NCBI GenBank assembly: GCA_964255285.1
Contig: CAXUUL010000083.1
Span: 1 to 34,794, forward strand
Direction of reading: 5' to 3'
DNA length: 34,794 bases
Source of the DNA: Ionaspis alba
Taxonomy: Eukaryota
Below are positions 1 to 11,278 of the stretch, piece by piece; the first letter of the stretch is position 1, and each line of letters begins with the position of its first letter. The position numbers and the translations under genes are program-made. The notes below the pieces were generated by a model that was given only the letters and a program-made list of their open reading frames with translations, was not told where the DNA came from and made no database searches.

Positions 1-560
1 CTCGACCGCTATAAATATAAAATAATAAATATTTAAAATAATATCTATTTAATTTAGGTAAAATTAAAAAGTTATAATAAATCGAACAAAATACAACGAT
101 AAAAATAATATTATTTATTTATTTATTATTTAACAAATGTGTTTTTGAATAATAATTATTTTTTATCTGAAATCTAAATGCATACCTTGCAACCGAGTCC
201 TGAATCCCTACTCAATCCACCACACTACAAATCGAGTATCTTCCGTGGGTTATCCACGGATTGGTACAATAAATAGCAGTAGTTTATAAAAAGAATCCAA
301 TTTTTTTTATCCACATCAACTATGTTCCCAAAGGACCGTAGCAAAATTGTTATTATTAGAAAACGGATTGTACAATTTTTAATTACGTGATATAATTTTT
401 TAGCGACAAATTGTAGCTAATCGATTGAGGAAAGCTTATTTATATTTCAGTATTGAGTAGATAGCGCATAATATTTAAGGCTTTATTAACAAGTAGTAGA
501 TAGATCATCTTCTACAATCATCATAATTCTGACTACCAACGTAGCAAATTCGATATAGCT
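1..560. mobile_element. AT-rich degenerate repeat/transposon relic (probably RIP-mutated); family not identifiable
   Basis: Positions ~11-180 are almost pure A/T with many TpA steps, and the region stays AT-rich to ~560, in contrast to the GC-balanced genic remainder. No ORF. Transposon origin is inferred, not shown. Confidence 0.45.
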
Positions 561-788
561 TGTATTTCCATTTCGCAAAATCTGACACTGTTTCACCTTA
601 TGTTGGACTGCTAGGCAGAGAGCTTGCTCGTTACTTGTAGTAGTTCACAAGACCTACAATCTAATTCCTGTAACATGAATTTGGCACGGTATGATTTTTC
701 TTTCCACTAGATTGCTGGTGCTATGTGCCTCATACGAATCGGGAGATCTTGTGGCAGGTTCTTAAAACTGTACCATTGATGGTACACC

Positions 789-3700
789 ATGGAAGGTCAA
801 CGAGTGTCACAATTTAATCAGGTATGTGCTACCTTTCTATCACAATGCTCTATACTAAGCATGAGCGCTATGGTGGCAGCTCAGACCAGTATGCGTGAAA
901 TTGAGCCAGGTCGTTATTCAATACAAGGCCAAAAAAGCTGGTGGCAAGGATCTTATTCAGGCTCTTACTCTAGTCAACACAACGCTCGAATCGATAGATT
1001 CTCTAGATCCCAAGCTTGCGGATTATGTCTTCTTTCCGCTCTCTCATGTTTTTCGAGATAGTGCCGGATTACCCTCGCAGGCTCTTGATATCGCCCTCTG
1101 CTCTCTCAATATATTGATAAGAGATGGTTGGCGGTATGATGGTGGAAAGGGTTTGTTGAAGCAGTTGCTTTTACTTCTCGGATTTCTCGTCGGAGACAAT
1201 ACGACGGATGCAAAGACGCCAGTCATTAGTGAAGATACGAGCGCCAATTCTATGCGCTGCTTCACCAGCTTCTTTCAATATCATGGGGCGCACATATCCG
1301 AGCTCTGCCAATCCCTAGAGACTGACATGGTGCCGATCATGGGCCATACTGTCTCGGTCATCCTCTCCACTCTAGGTGACAGTCCGTCGACAGATATCCA
1401 GCTGCTAGCAGCAAAAGCACTGGAATCTTTGGTGTCAAGCATATTCGACGAGGAGTTATTGCGGAGCTTCCTACCAGGCATCGTTTCTCGCCTCACCAGA
1501 ACTATGCAGTCCGGCTCCGGTATTCGTAGATCTTACAAAGTTCTGTGTATGACACTACAGGTCATGACCGCGCTATTGCAAAAGGTCTTGAGCGACGAGA
1601 AAACGTTACAGCCCGCGACCGAAGGCCCTTCGGAAACATTGATAGCCACGCACTATAGCACTGGAGCAAGGCGGGTGTGGCTCTCATCTACCTCCTCACA
1701 ACTTCAAATTGCTCTTTCAAATATCGTGCCATTACGGTACCACGAACGAGAAGAGGTTGTGACATCGTTGTTCGAGCTCTGCACGATGATACTCCGTGAG
1801 TGTAGCAACAGCTTGAAAGAATGCGCAGAACTTGCTTTTGGTACCATTCTATCTCTCTGCAGCAGGGGGTTTACCGAGTCTGGATTTTTCACAACCCGCA
1901 TCCTGCTGGACCTTATCGAGAATGACCGTCAGCTCTCTAACTTCCTCAATGCTTTGTTATATGAGTGGACCTCCGCATTATCTAGAGTGATGCAGTCAAC
2001 CGATTCTGTCAAGCGCAAACGCCATCTCGCGCAGCTCGGAGCAGCGTTCGAGGTAAGTCAAATGCTAGGTCTGGATACCGAGCTCGTCAACGACGCTTTG
2101 ATTTTGGGTCTCATACAGAGCGTTTCCTCAGTCATGGGGCTCTCTCCTGCTCGGCCGATCGAGCCAGTCCAGGGGATGATTTCACAGATGTCCGACTTAC
2201 TACAAACCAACTCCGCACCAAGGTCGATGGAAAATTTCGGCCACTTGCCACTGAGCAATAGGTCGAAGGACGAGTGTCTTCTCGAACTGGACAAGTTCAT
2301 TGTATCCTTGCAGACATGCGACTTTCTGGGGACACTGAAGCGCCGACTAGCAGAAGAGCTCACATGCGTGACCAACAGCGAGCAAACAGCATGCTTATGG
2401 ATTTGTACCAGATTTATAAGAGATCAGTCAAGCACACTGTTAACGGTGGGCCATCACCTACACAGCTCGACAACACTCAAAAATGTCGATGCCGAGTTTC
2501 TAGACGCCATCTATCGTTGTAGTCTTGACCTACTGTCGAAACCGGACGCCGACGATAACAGTGACTGGCGATTGCAGGCCATCGCAATGGAGATCATAGC
2601 CCTCCGATCTCGTGTTCAAAGATTGGCTTTCCGACCTGAATTAGTCGACACACTTTTCCCTATAGTTGAGTGGCTAGGCTCACCAAACTTTGCACTTCGT
2701 GATCACGCAATCGTCTGTTTGGACATGGTGTCCAGGTCTTGTGGATACGTTCATCCTAGTGACCTCATCATTGACAATGTGGATTACTTGATCAATGCCA
2801 TTGCACTGAGGTTCAATACATTCGACATAAACCCGCAAACGCCACAAGTCTTGACAATGATGGTTGAACTATGTGGTCAAGAACTGACTCCATATCTAGA
2901 CGATCTGGTAGAGTCAATATTTTCGGCGCTTGCTAATTATCATGGGTACTCCCGTCTGGTCGAACCCCTTTTCTCAGTTCTCAGCAGCATCGTAGAGAAA
3001 GGTATTCGCTTCAACGTCTCTTCTGCTGAGAACCCGGGCTTGAACGGCCACATGTTGGCCGGCATTGAACTTAAAAGCCTCTCGGAGGTTACTGAATTTC
3101 TCAGTAGCGGGACTTTCTCGTCCGAGGTGGAGTATGCGTCCGAACCAGAGACATTCCTAGACAGCAACTGTTCTCTACGGCGTGGAGCGAACGAAGTCAA
3201 CATAGATATTCAAAGACACAACAGAGGGAAAAGGGTAAATCGGCAGCCAGCGGCATCCACAGACGTGGCACAGGCGCCCAGCAAGACGTACAAAATCGTG
3301 CAATCAATTGTGCGACTAAGCCAACACTATCTAACGCACGAATCGCCGAGTCTTCGCCAGCAACTGTTGCAACTAATCAGTCGTGGGTGCGCAGCCCTTG
3401 CCATCGACGAGGAAGAGTTTCTGCCGTTGATAAATGATATTTGGCCTGTTGTCATGAAACGCCTATATGACCACGAAGTATTCGTGAGTATCTCAGCGAT
3501 GAAAACACTCTCCAACATTTTCCGGTATGCTGGCTCCTTCGTGGCTTCTAGGATTGATAATGAATGGCATGACTTTCGGTCCCTCTATCAACGGTATCAG
3601 GGAAACACGACAATCATGGACGGTGCAAAAAGAGGTCGATTGAACTTTACCATGGCTGGACGCTGGTGCGAAGAGTGTGTTTCAATGTTGACAGAACTGA

Positions 3701-3969
3701 TAAAATATGTGCCGGTCGGTGCCGAGATCGAGGACGACCTAGTACGGATGCTCGTCCCTGCCGTCGCTGCTCAGCAGGAGGTGTTAGAGGGTCTTGATAG
3801 ATTGAATGCGGATGCGACATGGTTAGAGATATTTGTCCATCAACATCGTAATCGACGCCCCCTGATGTTCAAGAAACCGACCTGCCAAAATTACCAATTC
3901 AAGGATGTTACGGTTCCTACAACATGGGTTGCCAGGAAGCATCACGAAGATGAAGCACTGTCTGTCTAG
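789..3969 (+). CDS. TTI1: TEL2-interacting protein 1 (TTT complex HEAT-repeat subunit); exons 789-821, 880-3969
   Basis: Intron 822-879 (GTATGT...TACTAAG...CAG) joins MEGQRVSQFNQ to LRPVCVKLSQ. The ~1040 aa helical protein has Tti1-type motifs LADYVFFPLSHVF, FLPGIVSRL, LIIDNVDYLINAI, PYLDDLVESIF and FLPLINDIWP. Confidence 0.9.
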
Positions 3970-4185
3970 CAGGCTGTCAACTTACACTCGAGGGAGATAG
4001 CTATAAAGGGTCTTTAATCCAAAGGTGCAGCACGTAGCTTCAATAGTCTACCATATGAGTAAAATTGATTTTGACACAAGAGTGGAGAACAAGTACTCTT
4101 TGTGATGCAACAAAACTCCGGCAGCTCGTCTGGCGTGCCCAGCGACGAGTGCCTCAAGATCGTGCCGATTGCATCAAACACACCG

Positions 4186-5624
4186 TTAGTCGCTCTGCCC
4201 CTCCTCATCACTCTCAGCGTTTTCTAGCCATTCCAGGAACGGTTCGGCGGACTTGCGGACTTTCTTGCTGGTAGCGATATCGACGTACTTCTTGCTAGCC
4301 TTGGAACCCCAGTTCTTGAGGACAGCCTCAGAAACGAGGTCTTCTTGATAGTAGGCAAGTAGGATTTTTGGAACCTGAGGAATAAGGTTTGGGTGGTCTT
4401 TGCCAACGAATCGTTCCGTGCCTCCCAGGAACGCTTTCTCATGACGTTCAGAAGTGATCATCTGTGCGGATGTTGATTAGCAGCGCCGGTGGAAATTTGA
4501 GGAGGGGGAGCAATAAACCTTCTTAAGCATACCGGCGCGTTTGGTCACTTGCTCGACAATGTTGTTATCAAATATCGTCTGTGCGAGGACGGTCAGAGTC
4601 TTGTGCTTTGCCTCAATGCCCAAGTCTTTGGCCTTGACATAAATTTCGACGTCCTCGAGTTGACCAACGCCTCCTGCCTTCTGCTCTGCTGTTCCAATGA
4701 CCCAACTGCCAAGCTGATCGTAGGCACTGTTGCCTTCGCCCTCCGCGTCTTCGTCGCCATCGTCAAAGACGAGCTTCTGTTTGAGATCTTCTGGAAGCTC
4801 CTTGGCACGCGCCTTCACAGCTTCCTCAGACACATCAACCGCCCATTCGTCATCCTCGAGCTCATTAGACACTTCTAGATCCTTGGCCTCGGCGTTGATG
4901 CGGCGGGTGAGTTCGTCGTCACTCCCGGCATCGACACCAAGCTCACCGTCATCCTCTTCCGCATTATCGGAATTGCTTCCGCCAGACCCAGTGTGGCTAG
5001 TACCGTTCGGCTCCCCGTCGCCGTTCTCCTTGGCCTTGGCTCTCCGGGCTTTTTTGTCCGCCTTGTCCTTCTTTCCTTTCTTTGGCTGATTTTTCAGAAT
5101 GAAGGAACTGAGTTTGAGGCGTAGATCGACATCTGATCGTTGACCACAGGCCTTGCAGTCAAGGAGGATGCGGCCGTCCTTGATGACAACGTCGGTTTCC
5201 GGATTTTTGCATTTCTTGCACAGAACGAATTTGCTGATGAACCCATCTAAATAGTCCTGCAGCTTAGAGGCTTCGTGAGCACCGTTGATGATCCAGCGGT
5301 CATCGGCCGGGTTGGTGTTTGTTTGCGCACCGAGTTCGAACCCAAAATACTTGATGACATCTGCTCAGATGCCGTTAGTCAGTACTCAAATCTCTACCTC
5401 AAACAGTATACATACAGGACGGCGGGCGGCTCAACGAATGGGCCACGCTACTTAAATTTGCGATGACAGTTTTGATACCATTTCCTTTGCCCTCAATCTT
5501 GGACTGCAGACGTTCCATCTTATAGCGGTAGAAAGGGTCGGAAACATCCTGGACAACTGTTAGGAACGTATAGATAGCCAGTTCTACGGGAAGCACATAC
5601 GCGACGAATGTTCAAAGTAGCCAT
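4186..5624 (-). CDS. TIF5: Translation initiation factor eIF5; exons 5624-5601, 5548-5416, 5360-4519, 4461-4186
   Basis: The spliced product reads [36 protein letters not shown]...[18 protein letters not shown]. It has a zinc ribbon ([12 protein letters not shown]...CKACG) and a C-terminal W2 domain ending [16 protein letters not shown]. The three GT-AG introns keep the frame. Confidence 0.97.
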
Positions 5625-5781
5625 GCTTGCGGGAGAAGATGCTCAAAAAAACAAAGGACGGATGCAGCTGAGGTAGCAGGAACAGGACGTATGAACACCG
5701 TTAGCTCCTGACATAGACATGCGCGACTTGATAGAATGTCAAGTGTGGGGTTGTTTGACGAGTGGGTTGCTGATCGAAAGC

Positions 5782-5889
5782 CTAGCCGTCGGATCTGGAG
5801 TAGTGGCTACAAAGTTTCCGCGGTAAGGGAAGTGTTTGCAGCTTGAGCGGCGGATGGTGTCTAAAGGCGTGGATACGGGGCGAATACAT
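5782..5889 (-). promoter_or_regulatory. Upstream ORF (35 codons) in the eIF5 leader, starting at a poor-context AUG (UUU AUG U)
   Basis: The minus strand reads CAG TTT ATG TAT TCG ... GGC TAG. Poor-context uAUGs are the known autoregulatory feature of eIF5 mRNAs. Inclusion in the mature mRNA is not proven. Confidence 0.6.
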
Positions 5890-6749
5890 AAACTGCAGTG
5901 TGCTTGTGAATTTTGCGGCGTTGGCGAAAGTTGTTGTCGTACTAGTCCAGAGAAGCCTCGGAGAGCTGGCCTCACAGAACAGCGGATGGTCAGTTTGTCA
6001 AGCCGATTGAACAAAGAATTCAAGGAGTCAAGCAAGAGAGAAGCATCAACGACTAGTTGTCTGTGAAGTGCTTCTTATGGTGGTCTGCAGTGATGTGCTG
6101 TAGGTAGTAATGAATGGAATTTAGGAATTCCAGTGAGGTGGTGGGAAGTTTAAGGATGGAGAACGTTTCTACGTCCTAAGTTTTTTTTCCGAACCAGTGC
6201 TAGTGCGATCATGCTACTATTATTTGTTACATGTTTTGGCGCAAGCTACCTGTATTAGTCCACGTACAACATCTCCTCCATAGCAATGCCATCTGGTGCT
6301 GCGAAATGATCCCTCGTTGATTTTCAACCCCCTTGCTCCGCACTATCTACGTCGGTATGACAAACGGGTCACTGATACCGGACTCTTTGTATTGCATTGT
6401 ATTGAGACGGCCGAGCATTAGCCAACAAAAAGACATCATTTTGCTCCGATCGCCATATCCGGTTGTGATGATATCGTGCCTACCAACGGCATTGGCTTGC
6501 TTTCCCTAATTTGACGTACCTGGAATAGGTAGGCACATCATCCAAATTTGCATCAAATACCTAATTATTGGTCAAAGCTCCCCCAGCCCCCGACATCGGA
6601 CCTTCGATCTTCTACTCCCTCAACAAGCTTACGATGCTTCAGCACTGGATGAGAGAAGTTTTATCCTCGGATTGGATTGGCTGTTCGTCAGCTTCAATGA
6701 CTGCCTACTCATAGCATCGTACCTTGTTGCAAGCATTTTAACCTCCATT

Positions 6750-8482
6750 ATGCCTGTCGACTACTCTTTGTATCTCGTGACGGATTCGACCAAAGAAATT
6801 CTTGGGGATAGACATCTCGTCGATGTCGTCAATGACGCTCTTGAAGGCGGTATTTGAGTGCAGCTTCTTGGCGTATGGTTTTTATCTCTGACAGCCAGCT
6901 AGGCGTCACAATTGTCCAGTATCGCGACAAGGTCAGCGGAACGGCCGAGTTGGTTCAGACTGCAACGCAATTACATACCGTCACTAGACGGTATGGAGTG
7001 CCATTGCTTATCAATGACCGAGTAGATGTGGCCCTTGCTATTGATGCAGAGGGTGTGCATCTTGGACAAGATGACCTGGATCTTGTATCTGCTCGTCGTC
7101 TCATGGGACCTGAGGCTATTATTGGAGTGACATGTTCAAATGTGGACGAAGCTTATGCAGCGGCAGTCAATGGCTGTGATTACATAGGAATTGGCACACT
7201 GTTCGCTACCTCTACGTACGTCCAACCGCGCAAGCTTCCGCTAGGCATTTCAGCTCAAAGTGGATAGCAAAAGAAACAGTAAGGCTATTATAGGGGTGTC
7301 TGGCACAAGAGCAATCTTAGAGCGCCTTTCGACAATAAGGGAAGGGCCAAAGCAGGTAGCCACTGTAGCCATCGGTGGTATCAACGCATCAAATGTCCAA
7401 CGTGCCATGTTTCAGTCCAAGGCCAAGTCCAAAGGACTGGATGGCGTAGCTGTCGTGAGCACCATAATTGCTGCAGAATCCCCGAAAAACGCGGCTGCCG
7501 AGCTGCGAAGGATGATGAGCAATACTCCTGCGTTCGGTGTGAAAGCTAGAGGCCTTGATCGCCAGAGAACAGCCGAAGGCTTGTTACTGAAAGCGCCGAG
7601 CGTTATCAGTCGACTGAGCCGTATGAATCCCCTTTGCCACAACATGACCAACCTGGTCGTCCAGAATTTCGCTGCGAATGTGGCACTGGCTATGTGAGTT
7701 CTGGACCTCCGAAACGCCGTGTTTCCGCCTTCTCCAGACTGACCTAAACCAGAGGCGCGAGTCCAATCATGGCCAACGATGGTGAAGAAGCGGAGGACCT
7801 CGCGAAGCTTGAAGGCGCTTTGGTGATCAACATGGGTAGTGCAACGCCGGAAGGTATTTCGAACTATATACGGGCCATAAGGGCCTACAATAACCAAGGA
7901 GGCCCTGTCCTGTTCGACCCTGTTGGTGCAGGAGCAACACGTGTACGTAGGGAGGCTGTCTCGAATCTGATGGCAAACGGGTACTTCGATGTGATCAAGG
8001 GAAATGAAAATGAAATTGCAACGGTCTTCGGATCAACCATTGTGCAACAGAGGGGCGTCGACAGTAGCCAGAGCCAGACCTCAATCGCGGAAAAGGCACG
8101 TTTGGTGAAGAGGCTGGCAGCTCGGGAACGTAACGTGGTTCTCATGACAGGCAAAATCGATTGCCTAAGTGATGGAGACCGTACATTCGTAGTCAAGAAT
8201 GGGCACTCCCTACTCGCCCAAATCACCGGCAGTGGATGTACATTGGGAACTACGATAGCTGCATGTACTGTAGCAGAGAAGGACGACAAGCTGCTGGCGA
8301 CCTTGGCTGGGCTACTCTTGTTCGAGATCGCAGCCGAGGATGCTGCAGGTAGGACTGAAGTGCGGGGTCCAGGAACGTTTGTTGCTGCTTTCATTGATGC
8401 TTTGAGCCACATCGCACATCAAGCAGAGTTGGGTCAGACAGCATGGATTGAGGCCGCAAAGGTGGAAACCATCGATGTCTGA
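6750..8482 (+). CDS. THI6: Bifunctional thiamine-phosphate synthase / hydroxyethylthiazole kinase; exons 6750-6849, 6903-7215, 7268-7693, 7753-8482
   Basis: ThiE domain motifs YSLYLVTD, GGVTIVQYRDK, LLINDRVDVALA, GVHLGQDD and VAIGGIN are fused to ThiM domain motifs HNMTNLVVQNFAANVALAIGASPIM, LFDPVGAGAT, IKGNENEI and ITGSGCTLG. Three GT-AG introns restore one frame. Confidence 0.96.
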
Positions 8483-8938
8483 GATACGGGTGGTGTGAGC
8501 GCTGAGCGTACGCGAAGCTCAGAAAAAGGATAGAAGACCTATCCTCAGAGGCTTCTAGTGATACGGAGACCTCTAATAAAGCATATATTAGATGGTGCAA
8601 AGAGAACCTTTGTTGGTGGTGTAAAAGATCTGGGGATTCTCAATCGAGAGGCCAATGCGCCAAGCCTACTCCCGTCGACATCAGATGGACAAGCCAACCC
8701 ACTTGACAGACTTCAATAATTGTCTTTTGTCTAGACTTAACTAAACAATGTTCAAGGCCATGGTCCATTTCAGTAGATATCGCCGTAGAGCCTCGGTTGT
8801 TGTTACTTGACCAATCTGGCATAGTATCGTGAAGGGATCGACCTAGCAGTGGATTCCGGATCAAAAATACATGAACAATCGAAATCAGCGCGTACGAGGG
8901 AGTGTGCCGCCAGTCTTTACCCCGGACAACGTCTCATC

Positions 8939-10181
8939 ATGCAATCGGGCATCACTGGCAAGGCAACCCACGACTGCTGAAAATACCATGCTAACGACCA
9001 CGCACGTAGCCTCAAGAGAGCTCCATGATGCTTTTAACGCCCTGCTCACCTCGCCAGCCCAGCGTGGTCTTGTAGTCGGCATTCGGAACGAGCGACTGAT
9101 ACCCACCTTCATCATTCCCTCCACGTCACCCGACTTCCTGGAAGACTTTTCCGTACTTGATTCGATTCTCGACGAGAATGAAGCCGCGTACATACTGCTT
9201 CGAAAGTACGATGCAGCACCCGACGGCTATGTCGCTATCACCTATGTCCCCGACACTGCACCGGTGCGATCCAAGATGCTCTTTGCATCCACTCGATTGA
9301 CTCTGATGCGAGAGTTGGGAACTGAGAGATTCCGAGACTCACTGTTCGCGACCACGAAGGTGGAGATGGGGAGAGAAGGATGGGAGCGGCATGAGCGGCA
9401 TGAGAGGGTCGAAGCTCCATTGACGGAAGAAGAAAGCGCACTGGCCGGAATCAAAAGGGCAGAGGCGGAAGTGGGAAGGGGAACGACGGACAGGAGTAGC
9501 CATGTCAGTAGTGGTCTGAACTTTGTCATCTCGGAGGATGCGTTAGAGGCTTTGAAGGGGCTAGGAACCGATGACGGCCACAATCTCATCCAACTGGTAG
9601 GTTTGCCTTATGTTGTCTCGAATTTGTGGGTGACAGCCAGGCACCCTGCAATACCAAGAAGAATGTCTCTCACGTCCTGTTTAGCTACGGTGACGATGTG
9701 CGCCGGATAAAGGCGCATCTACTGATCGAATCACAGAGAATCGATGTCCAGAAAGAATGCATTGAGCTTGCTGGCACAAACTCGGTAGACACTGATGGCC
9801 TCAAGACGGCGATCTCGCCGGCTGAGCCCCGGTATTCCTTCTACCGCCACTCTCACACTCACGGAGACCAGCGTACATCGCCGATTGTCTTCATCTACAC
9901 CTGTCCCCCAGAGTCCAAGATCAAGGAACGAATGCTCTACGCGTCATCCCGCGCAGGTATTCTGTCTACGGCGAGCCAAGAGGCTGGATTGGAAGTCGCA
10001 AAGAAGGTATGCGATCAATGGTCTTGGTGAGGAGCACAAGGACTAACGATGTCGATTTCGGCTACAGCTTGAGGCTTCCAGCCCTGCGGACATATCGGAG
10101 TCTGTGATAGATGAGGAGCTGCACCCATCTTCTCAGCAGAGGCAGACTTTCTCGCGGCCGAAGCGGCCAGGGAAACGGTAG
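8939..10181 (+). CDS. TWF1: Twinfilin (two ADF-H domains); exons 8939-8957, 9010-9596, 9737-10006, 10068-10181; first intron is GC-AG
   Basis: N-terminus MQSGITASRELHDAFN, ADF-H motifs YVPDTAPVRSKMLFASTR and FIYTCPPESKIKERMLYASS, and the typical basic tail FSRPKRPGKR*. The supplied ORF from 8871 reads through intron 1. Confidence 0.94.
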
Positions 10182-10278
10182 ATTTATCCCGGGCTTCTCA
10201 GGCTTATTAGTCGTGGGCGGGACTCGCTGGAATCGAAGGAGAGTGGGTTTACTGAGGCACGCCGTGCATCTTATAGAT

Positions 10279-10691
10279 CCGAGGTTGGGAAGCATCAGTT
10301 GCATTCGGGAGCACTAGTAACAGCACGCCGTGAGTGCACACCAACGTGCCCAGTGCTGAGGGGGCTCGAAGCGAGCGCTATGATGTTATTCCGTCACCTG
10401 GTCAAAGTCTCACTTGAGCACTCCAGTAGTAGTAGTTAGTAGTTCAGAATATTCCCATAACCCAATTTATTGGGACCGATTCAGGCGAGCCTCGGCCAAA
10501 TTATTCCCCGAGTATTTTTCTTCCTCGCGTACACCATTACAGTGCTAATACTACTCGTCTAGACCCCTATGTGCAGATAGTGTCCCTGGGGTGATCCGAG
10601 CCTCGGCTCATGCCCCTCGACCTGTGATTGGACTCCCCCACATTATCACATGGAAACCGCATATGGATCGTTGAAACAATCAGCTCCGAGG
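10279..10691. promoter_or_regulatory. Cluster of four CCGAGG/CCTCGG sites (FarA/FarB-Ctf1 type) upstream of SFC1
   Basis: CCGAGG at 10279-10284 and 10686-10691; CCTCGG at 10490-10495 and 10601-10606. The middle two share the 11-mer CGAGCCTCGGC. Confidence 0.55.
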
Positions 10692-11278
10692 AAGGTTACA
10701 CTGACGGAGAAATACCCATTTGCTCAGAGCATCACGTCTTGTTTACCAATGCATTTCACAGATGCGAGTCGACAGTTGAGATGTGATCTTCCCGCTCCTT
10801 CAATGCCATTACGCTAAGCCTCAAACGCACGAGGGGAGGAACGGAGGGGAAAAGACCTCCGCTCGTCCTTCGCACAGGTAATGCCAGCAGCACAGAAGCT
10901 TCGCTACTTTGCACATGCTATGATACATAGCTTGCGAGTTCGACCGGTAAGGGCCAAGTTTCCAGTCGTCCATAATGTCTCTTCGTACCTACACACTACC
11001 CTGGCCCCGTAGATGTCGCCTCAAATCTCAACGTCGTGCCTGGCAAGACGTGACTTCATTCATCTCCTTTTCCCGATCACTTCTCACATTCTGTTACGAC
11101 GCTCAAACCAGGTCTGCACATTGACCTGTGACCACATACTCTGCTGGATTCATTACAATATCCAGTGTGACCTCGATCGATCTGAGTACACCACCCTCTC
11201 TCTGCCGTCTGTTCTCAGTTGCGCTACCTTATCAAGGACACCCGGTGCTCCTCAATCGTGGTCGAATAGCCTTGTTCA

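Noticed and set aside
250..315. DnaA-box-like TTATCCAC(A) motifs suggesting a bacterial origin or contamination
   Set aside because: The context is clearly eukaryotic (intron-containing genes), and such motifs arise readily in AT-rich DNA.
6130..7270. TPP riboswitch associated with the thiamine gene THI6
   Set aside because: No aptamer core (CTGAGA...CTTGAT/CCTGAT...GATAAT...GCG) was seen in the leader or introns. Fungal TPP riboswitches are known from THI4, NMT1 and transporter genes rather than THI6.
9685..9689. Micro-exon or stwintron inside twinfilin intron 2
   Set aside because: It would need a rare GAG acceptor, and the simple splice already gives the expected NLIQL-RIDV junction.
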